Part shown: one piece after another, positions 1 to 8,580 of the stretch | How positions within the stretch are numbered: the stretch's first letter is position 1 | Layout of the letters: every line of letters begins with the position of its first letter | Source of the DNA: a virus | Lineage: Duplodnaviria; Caudoviricetes | Virus record (IMG/VR): IMGVR_UViG_2906976556_000001 | Location: 1-64,000 of that record | Direction: 5' to 3' (one strand) | DNA: 64,000 nucleotides | The notes under the pieces: model-generated | What the model was told of the DNA's origin: nothing | The model's input: the letters and a program-made list of their open reading frames with translations, nothing else | The model's database searches: none | Made by a program: the position numbers and the translations under genes

Positions 1-45
1 CTTCTAATCCCTTGGTCGCAGGTTCGAATCCTGCCGGGGGCACCA
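1..45 (+). tRNA. 3' portion of tRNA-Arg(TCT), truncated by the window edge; probable prophage att core
   Basis: CT-TCT-AA anticodon loop, T-arm GCAGGTTCGAATCCTGC, ends in CACCA; prophage genes follow directly. Confidence 0.85.
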
Positions 46-76
46 GGTCAGAGCGGGTTTCACCGGTATCGAACGG

Positions 77-108
77 GTGGTCGTGCAGCAAACGTGCAGC
101 ACGACCAC
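77..108. repeat. 10-bp inverted repeat enclosing two direct CGTGCAGCA repeats next to att (possible integrase arm sites or hairpin)
   Basis: GTGGTCGTGC...GCACGACCAC; CGTGCAGCA at 82-90 and 93-101. Confidence 0.5.
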
Positions 109-300
109 TCGAAATTCACATCCACCGCGGCACCGACATCACTCCGCGCATAGTTCCTCAGCGTCGCCCGCACACACGCGTGCGCGATCGCAGTCTGCGG
201 ATCGTCCGGGTTGCCGCCCTCATCTCGAATCGCCTCGCGCTCGATCTCGTCCATAGCCATTCAGACGGCTCACCGCGCCGTCCGGTTCCAGGGGAGAACC

Positions 301-912
301 ATGTCTCGAACCACTGCACTCGTGACGGCCCGCCGCGGCACCGTCGCCCTGTCCATCATCAGCTTCGCGATCTCATACATCGCCCTCGCCGACCTCGCGC
401 ACATCGCCGGACTCGGGCCGCAGGCCTACCTGTGGCCGGTCATGATCGACGGCACCATCGTCGTCGGCACGGTCGCCGTGTTCGCCGCACCAGACTGGCA
501 TTCGTGGCCGCTGCTCGTCGCCGCCGCCGCGGTGTCGGTCGTCGGCAACGGCATCCACGCCTGGGTCACGCAGTCGACGTGGATCGCGGTTGGTGTCGCA
601 CTGACTCCGCCGATCTTCCTGCTGTGGGTGACCCATCTGACGGTTCGGCTCGGGAGGCTACCGGCGGATCGAACCGCGGCAGCCGAGCGAGAGGAACCCG
701 CCGAGACGCCGACAGACTCGCCCATGAAGGGAGACCCTGAGCGACGCCGGCTCGCGCTGCAGCTCGTCGCAGAGGGCGACATGTCGCTACGAGAAATCGC
801 GAGCCAGCTCGGCGTCTCCGACACCACCGTCCGACGATGGCGTGACGCGGCCACCGAAGCCGACAGCACTGCAGAGAACGAAGCCTTGAGTCTGGTAGGA
901 GTTAGCTCATGA
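301..912 (+). CDS. DUF2637-like membrane protein with C-terminal HTH
   Basis: Four hydrophobic segments with SY.AL..LA and WP..IDG motifs; C-terminal HTH MSLREIASQLGVSDTTVRRW; GGAGA RBS before ATG 301. Confidence 0.8.
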   Translation: MSRTTALVTARRGTVALSIISFAISYIALADLAHIAGLGPQAYLWPVMIDGTIVVGTVAVFAAPDWHSWPLLVAAAAVSVVGNGIHAWVTQSTWIAVGVALTPPIFLLWVTHLTVRLGRLPADRTAAAEREEPAETPTDSPMKGDPERRRLALQLVAEGDMSLREIASQLGVSDTTVRRWRDAATEADSTAENEALSLVGVSS

Positions 913-1517
913 AACGGACACTCATCGTCGGCGCGGCCGCCGCGATCCTACTCGCAGGATGCTCGTCGAACGAGGAGCCCGCTGCCGCCGAGCAGACCAC
1001 ACAGGACTCGACTACTGCATCGGCCACCACCACGGCAGCCACAACCACAGCGTCGGAAGAAGGCGGTGACTATCCGATCATCGGGGAGGAAGCGCGTAGC
1101 GAAGGCATCGTGATCACAGTCCACTCGGTCATCGAATCGCCGACCATCTCGTTCAACGATTCCGGCTACAGCGGCAGCTACGCAGAGTTCACGCAGAAGC
1201 CGGCGCGCGCGGGCGGCAAATTCTTCGTCGTAGACACGACCGTCCTGAACGACGGACTCGAGCCCATCGACCTCACCTGTTCCTTCCCCATCCAGAACAC
1301 CCTCACCACCGACGGGCAGCGTCAATACACGACCGTCGACGAGCAGTACAACATCGAAGGAAACCCCGGCTGCAACGACATGCTGCAGCCTGGCTTCGAC
1401 AGCCCGATGAAGTTCGTCTACGAGGTTCCGGCCGCGGCGCAGGCGGTCGCGTTCGGGTTCGCCGACTCGAAGAACGCGTACGACAAGCCCACCTACGTCG
1501 AGCTCGTCACCGAGTAG
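909..1517 (+). CDS. Lipoprotein (DUF4352-like)
   Basis: Lipobox LLAGC, Thr/Ala linker, Ig-like domain ending LQPG...FVYEVP. Confidence 0.8.
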   Translation: MKRTLIVGAAAAILLAGCSSNEEPAAAEQTTQDSTTASATTTAATTTASEEGGDYPIIGEEARSEGIVITVHSVIESPTISFNDSGYSGSYAEFTQKPARAGGKFFVVDTTVLNDGLEPIDLTCSFPIQNTLTTDGQRQYTTVDEQYNIEGNPGCNDMLQPGFDSPMKFVYEVPAAAQAVAFGFADSKNAYDKPTYVELVTE

Positions 1518-1537
1518 ACCCACCGTCGAGAAACGCG

Positions 1538-1571
1538 AAAAGCGCCCCACCTCTGTTGAGGTGGGGCGCTT
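1538..1571. terminator. Intrinsic terminator hairpin
   Basis: AAAAGCGCCCCACCTC-TGTT-GAGGTGGGGCGCTT. Confidence 0.75.
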
Positions 1572-1586
1572 CGTACATGTGTTCGA
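1571..1586 (+). promoter_or_regulatory. Actinobacterial LexA (SOS) box
   Basis: TCGTAC-ATGT-GTTCGA, one mismatch to TCGAAC-N4-GTTCGA. Confidence 0.65.
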
Positions 1587-1662
1587 TTGATGGTAGGTTC
1601 TCGCTTGCGGGGCTCGGTAGGGAAGACCGGGTCCCGCTTTTCATCTCCACGGGAGGGTTCGG

Positions 1663-1941
1663 GTGGACCACAATTCGCTGCGCCGGACCCAGCACGGCTG
1701 GACGGAGGATGCTCCGACACTCTGCCCTCTGGGGCATCAGCTCGGCCCGAACCGGATGCTCGTTGGCTCCCGCAACTGCCAGTGCGGAACTATGCATCGC
1801 ACCCACACCTGCCGCGAATGCGACCAGATTGTCTACACCCCGCCGCTCACCGCGGACTGTGTGCCTTCAGACGGGGGACGATCCACCTTCTCGTGGAGCC
1901 GCGAAGCCGTCACGACGCAGCCCGCAGCGGAGGAAGCGTAG
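1663..1941 (+). CDS. Small Zn-ribbon protein, putatively SOS-regulated
   Basis: CPLGH...CQC...H..H.C..C; GGGAGG RBS; downstream of the LexA box. Confidence 0.65.
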   Translation: MDHNSLRRTQHGWTEDAPTLCPLGHQLGPNRMLVGSRNCQCGTMHRTHTCRECDQIVYTPPLTADCVPSDGGRSTFSWSREAVTTQPAAEEA

Positions 1942-2860
1942 GAATCCGGATGCTCGCCGCAACGGAATGCGACGTGTGCTGATTGTTCGGAATCCGCCTA
2001 CGCCCATAGTGCCGGTACGTCGTCGACGAGTCCTTGTGCCCCAGCGAGAGCGCGACGTTTTCGAGCGGCTCCCCGTTCTCCAGCGAGGTCACAGCAAAAG
2101 TGTGGCGCAGGGTGTGCGGGGTGATGTGCTGCTCGATGCCCGCCCTCTTGCCGAGCCTCGTCATGATTCGGGCTGCCGAGGCGCGTGTCATCCGCGACCC
2201 GTCCCGGCGCAGGAAAAGGGGGCCGGTGGTGCGCCCGTCGACGATGCGGTCGACGGCCTGAACGACCGCGGGTGGCTGCGGCACCGACATCGTTTCGCCG
2301 CCCTTCGTGACGAACACGAACATGCGGTACGCCTGATCGACAACGGTCGAGGTTTCGACGTCGAGGCTGCAGGCCGGAGTGACCCTGAGTCCGCACATGC
2401 CCATCGTCAGGATGAGCGCGTACTCGGTTGGCTTCGATTCTGCGGCAGCCCACGCCAACCGTTCGTAGTCACGCGGGGTCAGCGCCTTGTGCACCGCGCT
2501 GGTTGGTGGTCGCTTCGGTAAGCGCAGCTTCGTTGTCGGGTTCTTCTGCATGAGCCCGTCGTCGACGGCCAGGTCGAAGAACTGCCGGATCGTGCCGATG
2601 CGATGGATGATCGTGTTCGCCGAGTTGCCGCGCTCCTCCGCGAGGTGCCGCATGAACATCTCAAGATGGATGCGGTGCACCGCAAACATCTCGAGATTGT
2701 GGGCGGTGCACCACTGCGAGAGGACGTCGATGTCGTTGCGGTACGCGATCCGCGTGTTCTCCGAATCCCACCGGTGGAGAAACGCTTCGATGTAGAACTC
2801 GCGGTCAATCGAGGAAAACTCCCCGGACGCAGGCATGGCTGTAACGTGTAGCGCGGTCAT
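1910..2860 (-). CDS. Tyrosine recombinase (XerC/D-like, no obvious arm-binding domain)
   Basis: GLRV, TKGG, HTLRH, LGH and catalytic Tyr near the C-terminus; SAM-like N-terminal domain. Confidence 0.9.
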   Translation of the reverse strand: MTALHVTAMPASGEFSSIDREFYIEAFLHRWDSENTRIAYRNDIDVLSQWCTAHNLEMFAVHRIHLEMFMRHLAEERGNSANTIIHRIGTIRQFFDLAVDDGLMQKNPTTKLRLPKRPPTSAVHKALTPRDYERLAWAAAESKPTEYALILTMGMCGLRVTPACSLDVETSTVVDQAYRMFVFVTKGGETMSVPQPPAVVQAVDRIVDGRTTGPLFLRRDGSRMTRASAARIMTRLGKRAGIEQHITPHTLRHTFAVTSLENGEPLENVALSLGHKDSSTTYRHYGRRRIPNNQHTSHSVAASIRIPTLPPLRAAS

Positions 2861-2983
2861 TCACTTCTCCAGGTGCATTCTGGTGGTGGATGGCAAGGCC
2901 TCGATCGGTGTTGGTAGCACCGGCCGAGGCCGCCCATTTCAGATCACACAGGGTACACCCGGGCTCCGACACACCCCGGAAAG

Positions 2984-3145
2984 CTACTCCGCCGCAGACG
3001 GTCCCGGCGCGGTAGCCGACTCGTCGTAGATCAGCTCGTCCTTGCCCTCGTACCGGAACGCGCGCCGGCCGTCAGCCGTCGTGACGTACCCGGGCTGGCC
3101 CTCGTCTGCGGGTGGTCGGAACGTGAAGTCCTGCTCGTCAGCCAT
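2984..3145 (-). CDS. Small hypothetical protein (53 aa)
   Basis: Hand-translated ORF MADEQDFTFRPP...SAAE*, below the ORF-track length cutoff. Confidence 0.45.
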   Translation of the reverse strand: MADEQDFTFRPPADEGQPGYVTTADGRRAFRYEGKDELIYDESATAPGPSAAE

Positions 3146-3180
3146 GCCGCCCAGTATCCCAGTTGGACCTCGAACAGCAG

Positions 3181-3208
3181 AAAACCCCGACTCGCAGGGG
3201 GCGGGGTC
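3181..3208 (-). terminator. Intrinsic terminator after the two-gene cassette
   Basis: Minus strand GACCCCGCCCCCTGCGAGTCGGGGTTTTT. Confidence 0.65.
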
Positions 3209-3226
3209 TGTCTGGTCTCGCGAGCG

Positions 3227-3724
3227 CTACGGCTTCATCGCATCGTGCAACGAGTTGAACCGCTTCAGGATCATCCCGCACATCAACAACAGATGCGCCA
3301 TCGCGGCAGCCACCAAGCCCACCGTGACCGCGGCGAAGATTTGGAATGGTGTCGTGAACAAGGTCGCGCTCGTGAGGATGCCGGTGAGGACGATACCGAT
3401 CAAAACGGTGTAGTTGATATTTACACGCAACTCCTCCACCAGCATCACGATGATCGGGTCGGCCGATTGGATCGGATCTCGGCGGATCTGCAGGCTTTTG
3501 TCGAAAACGCTGAATGACAGATTGAAGATAAGGCCGGTCAGCACCGCGACACCCGCAAGTAGATTAGCGGGATCGACGCTAGGTACGCCGATCACAGCCG
3601 CGAGCACGCCCACCAGGCCTGGGACTACGTACAGCCACCCGTAGTCGCCAGCCGCGACCCTCCATGAAGAACCTCCGAGCGTTCGAATCTGCTCAGAAAC
3701 GACACTAGCTGGAAGCAGCTTCAT
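3227..3724 (-). CDS. 4-TM membrane protein, putative defence effector
   Basis: Four hydrophobic helices; overlaps the upstream 341-aa gene. Confidence 0.75.
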   Translation of the reverse strand: MKLLPASVVSEQIRTLGGSSWRVAAGDYGWLYVVPGLVGVLAAVIGVPSVDPANLLAGVAVLTGLIFNLSFSVFDKSLQIRRDPIQSADPIIVMLVEELRVNINYTVLIGIVLTGILTSATLFTTPFQIFAAVTVGLVAAAMAHLLLMCGMILKRFNSLHDAMKP

Positions 3725-4730
3725 TAGGCACCGTCCAGTTCGCCGCAGTTGTTTGTTCTACGTTGCGCAGGTCGACCGCATCGTCCATCGCTTCGACCTC
3801 CAAGTTGCCCAAGCCCACGCCCTGTCGTACATCTTCCACGATCTGGCCCGCGGTTGCATAGAACTCCGCGTCGGTCGGACTGCCGGACATCGAAGCGCGC
3901 TCCACAGGAAACGAGATCGAGGAGACCTTGTTCTCGCCCACGTTGATCTTTCTACCGCTGCCACGTCGATCAGGGTTCGCGACTGTGGCGACGACCCATG
4001 TGTCGTCGTCGATGTCGGATCCGACCCCGTATTTATCTGCGATCTCATGTGGCTTCTTGCCGGTGATGGTGCTGTACGGCCCGAGGCCTCCGCGTCGGCT
4101 GATCTTGAGAATCTTCGATAGCGGTACAGATTTGCCGCCGGTGGGCGCGTTATCTGCGACCTCGCCGGGAATGAGTGTTCTGAACTCCAAGGCTTGAGTT
4201 GTCATGGCTGCGAATGTTTCGCCCCATGCTTGCGCATCCTGAATCGGCTTCACGGATACGGTGACGTTCTCGACGTTAGCCCTGATTCCCTGCTGCAGAA
4301 CCTCACTGATCAGCGATGCCATGCCGAAGCTCCCGACTCCTTCGATGAGCAGTATGCCTGCCCGGGCAGTGGGAGCCGCAGCGAATACCGCCCGTAGTTC
4401 GAACCATTCTGTATCGCGATGATCACGTTGAGCAGGGACATCGAGTGCAGCAAGTTTCAGCATGCTGTTGTAGCCCGAAACTCCCAAGCTGCAGGTCACT
4501 TCCACCTGACGGTTCGCGGCGCGCACGTTCAGGTAGTCGATCTGACGTCCTGACTCTTCGTCTGCTCGACGACGTGGTTCTTGCTCGTGGCTGAGGGTGA
4601 CGAAGGTGTCCGTGACCGCCTGCAGAGCCGAAATCTCAGTCAGTGAAATGTCACCCATGCGACGCGGTGATTTGCGATCTCCCGTCGGTGTCACGGAGAC
4701 CACATACGGCGTTATCTGATACTCGGCCAT
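3705..4730 (-). CDS. Soluble hypothetical protein, putative defence sensor (RexA-like role)
   Basis: 341-aa ORF with visibly lower GC; TAGCAT -10 six nt before ATG suggests a leaderless transcript. Confidence 0.7.
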   Translation of the reverse strand: MAEYQITPYVVSVTPTGDRKSPRRMGDISLTEISALQAVTDTFVTLSHEQEPRRRADEESGRQIDYLNVRAANRQVEVTCSLGVSGYNSMLKLAALDVPAQRDHRDTEWFELRAVFAAAPTARAGILLIEGVGSFGMASLISEVLQQGIRANVENVTVSVKPIQDAQAWGETFAAMTTQALEFRTLIPGEVADNAPTGGKSVPLSKILKISRRGGLGPYSTITGKKPHEIADKYGVGSDIDDDTWVVATVANPDRRGSGRKINVGENKVSSISFPVERASMSGSPTDAEFYATAGQIVEDVRQGVGLGNLEVEAMDDAVDLRNVEQTTAANWTVPNEAASS

Positions 4731-4883
4731 CGTGTGATGCTAGCCGGTCGGTTTTCACGCCCCGGACCAACCCGGCTGCGCAGGTGACACTGTCGGCGAT
4801 GGGTACAAATCTCGTATTATGCGCCGCTTCTCGCGGGTCATTCGATGCGCGCACAGACCGGGCTGTACGGCACAATGCTCGCC

Positions 4884-5270
4884 ATGACCAGTCGCCGTGA
4901 AGCGATCTTGTTCGGCGTCATCATCGCCGGATGCCTCGGCATGTACTTCCTCTACCCGTGGGACACCGTCGAACCGGGCCCAGTGAACTCGGCCATCGTT
5001 GTCTCCGCGTACACCAACCGCGCTGACCAATGCATCCCAGCGGGCAGCGACCTCCAGGCAGGAACACCAGTCACGGTGTCGACCGACAACGGTCCACACT
5101 GGACCACGCAACTACTCGCGGGCTTCGAGGTCGAGGACACCTGTGCGATGCCATTCATTCTGCCCGTCATCGAACAGGCGGGGAGCTACAGCGTTTCGAT
5201 ACCGTCCCGCGGACTCGGCGTCCGCTCCGACGTCGAGCTGAACGAGGGATCGACCTTCATGCTCGATTGA
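4884..5270 (+). CDS. Membrane-anchored/secreted hypothetical protein
   Basis: N-terminal TM helix, Cys pair in beta-rich ectodomain. Confidence 0.7.
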   Translation: MTSRREAILFGVIIAGCLGMYFLYPWDTVEPGPVNSAIVVSAYTNRADQCIPAGSDLQAGTPVTVSTDNGPHWTTQLLAGFEVEDTCAMPFILPVIEQAGSYSVSIPSRGLGVRSDVELNEGSTFMLD

Positions 5271-5305
5271 CTCCTCCGGTACGGCATTGACTCCTCCGGT
5301 ACGGC
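5266..5305 (+). repeat. Perfect 20-bp tandem duplication
   Basis: ATTGACTCCTCCGGTACGGC x2. Confidence 0.9.
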
Positions 5306-5316
5306 ACAATGCGTGG

Positions 5317-6552
5317 GTGCCCCGAACCCCGAGCGCCAAGATCACGCTGGCCGCGACCGTCGGAGTGATCCTGGCCCTGACCGCAATTCCAGTCTTGCGA
5401 CTTACCGGGGCAGACACCGCTCTACGGCTCCCGATCCTCGCCGCGATCGCACTGGTCACCATCGTCACCGTTGTGAAGGACCGAGGGACCACACTTCGGC
5501 CGGGCGTAATTGTGGCCTTGGGCATGTTCATAGTCTCTGGCAGCATCGCCAACCTGCGGGCAAACGATTCCTACCAGTGGCTGACGTTGGCAGCGTTTGC
5601 AGGGATCGCAATCGCAGGCTTGGTACTCGGCGCTTCCGTACGCGCCCATGGGGTCGAGCGCCCGGTGTTTCGGTGGGTCATCGGTGTTGCAGCGGCGCAA
5701 TCGCTGTACGCCATTTACGAGGTGGTCAGCGGGGCTGAACCGCTGTGGCGCGGGGCGAACATCAGACGTGACGGAGAGTCGATTCGGCTGCAGTCGACCT
5801 TGATCGACGGGTTCGAACGCGCCCAAGGGACACTTGGGCACCCACTCGTCCTGGCAGCTCTGGCACTGATCGCCGTGTCCATGATCGTCGCGACGGACGC
5901 GGTAGCGAAGGCCCACTATCGTGTCGCCCTGATCGTGCTCCTCGCCGGAGGGATCGTGGCTTCAGGCAGTCGTAACGCCGTCCTCGTTCTGATAGCGCTC
6001 GTACTCGTCACGTGGGGGGCATCCACGTGGGGTGCGATGGCAGCTCGGGGTCTATTCTTCGGCGTGCCACTGGCCTTGATCGGGCTTGCCTTGTCCGAGG
6101 ATCGTATCCGCGAACTGTTGGACAGCGGATCTTTCACTCACCGTGCAGGTGCCATCGCAGTTGTCCCTCGTCTCTCCGACGTTCGCGGCTTCCTCTCCAT
6201 GGCCTTCGGTGATGGCAGCGCATCCACGCCGCGACTGCTAAATGCCGGGCTGCTGCAGTCGGATCGATTTCTCGCGATTGACAACCAGTTTCTACTGCTG
6301 TTCATCCAATACGGCCTGGCCGGTCTCGTCCTTATCTGCGGGCTGATTTTTGCAGCGATACAGCGCGACGCTGGTGCAGTCAGGCTCATGCTGGTTGTGT
6401 GGATAGCGCAGTTCTTCATCTTCGATGTCCTGGCTTGGCCTAGTTCGGCGATCCTTCTGTGGCTCTGCGTAGGACTCGCCTACTCCAGGCGAGCGCCAAG
6501 CCAGGACAACGAATCAGTAGAAGATCGGGCCGTCGAGCGCGCCTACGCGTAG
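5317..6552 (+). CDS. O-antigen ligase/Wzy-like polytopic membrane protein
   Basis: About 11-12 TM segments; RAQGTLGHP, SGSRNA, IDNQFL..FIQYGLAG motifs. Confidence 0.8.
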   Translation: MPRTPSAKITLAATVGVILALTAIPVLRLTGADTALRLPILAAIALVTIVTVVKDRGTTLRPGVIVALGMFIVSGSIANLRANDSYQWLTLAAFAGIAIAGLVLGASVRAHGVERPVFRWVIGVAAAQSLYAIYEVVSGAEPLWRGANIRRDGESIRLQSTLIDGFERAQGTLGHPLVLAALALIAVSMIVATDAVAKAHYRVALIVLLAGGIVASGSRNAVLVLIALVLVTWGASTWGAMAARGLFFGVPLALIGLALSEDRIRELLDSGSFTHRAGAIAVVPRLSDVRGFLSMAFGDGSASTPRLLNAGLLQSDRFLAIDNQFLLLFIQYGLAGLVLICGLIFAAIQRDAGAVRLMLVVWIAQFFIFDVLAWPSSAILLWLCVGLAYSRRAPSQDNESVEDRAVERAYA

Positions 6553-8580
6553 CGACGAAGCGGACACGACGCCCACGGCCCCGCCGCCGCAACTCGCAAG
6601 ATGATCCACGAAGATGTCCGCGTTGGCACCACTTGCGAACTGATTCAGCGGCATCCACGGCGTCGCCGCGATGCTGGTCGATCCGCCCGTGAACTGCAAG
6701 GTTCCGAAGTTTCGGGATGTGCCGCCCTGCTTGACCTCGCGAACCATGATGGTCAGCGATTTGCCGCTGCCTGCCGAGTCGATGCGAGCCCGCATTGCCA
6801 ACTGTGCGAACAATCGTCTGTTGCGCGCGTCCCGCGGGGTGACGAACGCTGGAGCCGACGTCGAGATGATGGCAAGCGTGGACGAGTTCGCGATGGTCAC
6901 CGCTGGGCTTGTTCCACCGGTGAGTCCTGACGCCGACGCCGTCAGTGTGCCGACGACGAATCCGTCGAACGTCACGGTGTACGGGCCAGCCCCGGATACC
7001 TGGACCTTGCCGACTCCCACCGACGACAGAGAACCCAATGCCGCTTGGACGACGGCGGCGGAGGCATTCCATGCGATGGGCGCAGTAGTCTGCCCACCGA
7101 TCGACAGCGTGAACGTGCCACCAGTCGGAGCCCCGGTAACCGTGACGACTTGCGGAGGCAGAACGGTGAGGTTTTCCGGAAGGGAGAGCGTCCCGAGTAC
7201 CTCGATCGACGGAAGCCGCACCTTGCGCTGCGCCACCTCACTGATGAGGTCGAGGTCAACTGACAGCACCGCCGCGAGCTGGGCCGACCAGTTGTCCAGT
7301 GCGTTGTATTCCGGGCCGACCGATGTCACATCACCGTTGGCGGAGGTGACGATGGTGCGGTAGATGTTCTTCTCGCGCAGGGCACGCTCGTCGACGGTCA
7401 GCTCGGCGTCGCGCCCGTCGATCAGGGCAATCGGGAAGTCGACCGGTGTCGAGTCGGTGACGTCGATCATCCGGTAGGTGCCGATGGTCGGCCCGAAGCG
7501 CGGTGACGAGTAGGCGATCAGGGCGCGGCCGTTGTCCGAGCAGATCATCACCGGTCGGGTCGGGATCTCGTTGTAGCCCATGCCGTTACCGAGGTTTGTG
7601 ACCTGATCGTTGACCCAGTTCGTGCCGTTCCACCACAGGTGGTGAACGTTCCGGTCGGGGGCGGTTCCGTCCGCGAGGGTGAGCGCCATGTGTGGCCGTC
7701 CTGCGGTGTCGACGTCGAGCCCGAACTGGTTTATGATCCCGGAGTTCGTTGCCGCGGTCGCAAGTGCGCGGGCGGAAGTGTTGGCGTGAGTGAGTGGAAG
7801 CGTAACTGTGGTCCCGGTCACCGACCTCCATGTCGCGCCCTTGTCGTCGGAGCGCAGGAAATGCACGTCGGCGTTGGTGTTGTGGTCGCCGCCGTTCGGA
7901 CGCCAGGTGAACCCAATGTTCAACCGCCCTTGACGGTCGATCACGAAGCGTGTCTCGTAGGGGTTTTCGCTGGTGGTCTTGCCGTCGGCGATCTTTCCGA
8001 CCTGGGTCCACACCCCGCCGACTGGTTTGCGATTGAGGTACAGATCGCCCATCCCGGATGCGCCGTCGCGGTAGAGCAGGAATAGTGTGCCGTCCGGATG
8101 CATCGCGAACCGCGGGTAGGTGACCTGCGCTTCGTTGGTACCGGTCATTCCCGGCGCATTCCAGGCGGTGATGTCGCGAGGGTTGGTCGAGCGAACGTAG
8201 CGCATGGCGTCGCCGTGCATGTTCGCTGCGACGTGGATATAACCCTGGGCGTCGACGAATATCGATGCGGTGTTGTGACTGTCGGTGTCGACAGGCAACG
8301 CCAGCGGGTTTCCGGCAATAGCGGACAGGTCAAACGTTGTCCATGCCCCAAGTGGGAGGGTCCGCTTGTGTAGGGTCAGTGCGCCCGCGGTGTTGTAGAC
8401 GGCAACGTACAGGTCGTTGCCGTCAGTGGCGACCGGCTGAGCGAAGGATGTGGCGTTGTAGCGGGTCTGCCCGGATGCCAGCGTCGGTGGCACGTCGAGG
8501 CGGACGGAATTTGCTTTCTTGCCGAGGGTGTACTTTGCCGCGGCGTCAGCGGCGGCTTCGTCGATAGCGAGGATGTCCAT
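6514..8580 (-). CDS. BNR/Asp-box beta-propeller protein, putative receptor-binding/glycan-degrading tail protein
   Basis: DSHN..., YPRF, RSDDKGATW Asp-box; C-terminal TGGTFTL phage-structural motif; last gene of the tail operon. Confidence 0.7.
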   Translation of the reverse strand: MDILAIDEAAADAAAKYTLGKKANSVRLDVPPTLASGQTRYNATSFAQPVATDGNDLYVAVYNTAGALTLHKRTLPLGAWTTFDLSAIAGNPLALPVDTDSHNTASIFVDAQGYIHVAANMHGDAMRYVRSTNPRDITAWNAPGMTGTNEAQVTYPRFAMHPDGTLFLLYRDGASGMGDLYLNRKPVGGVWTQVGKIADGKTTSENPYETRFVIDRQGRLNIGFTWRPNGGDHNTNADVHFLRSDDKGATWRSVTGTTVTLPLTHANTSARALATAATNSGIINQFGLDVDTAGRPHMALTLADGTAPDRNVHHLWWNGTNWVNDQVTNLGNGMGYNEIPTRPVMICSDNGRALIAYSSPRFGPTIGTYRMIDVTDSTPVDFPIALIDGRDAELTVDERALREKNIYRTIVTSANGDVTSVGPEYNALDNWSAQLAAVLSVDLDLISEVAQRKVRLPSIEVLGTLSLPENLTVLPPQVVTVTGAPTGGTFTLSIGGQTTAPIAWNASAAVVQAALGSLSSVGVGKVQVSGAGPYTVTFDGFVVGTLTASASGLTGGTSPAVTIANSSTLAIISTSAPAFVTPRDARNRRLFAQLAMRARIDSAGSGKSLTIMVREVKQGGTSRNFGTLQFTGGSTSIAATPWMPLNQFASGANADIFVDHLASCGGGAVGVVSASSLRVGALDGPIFY

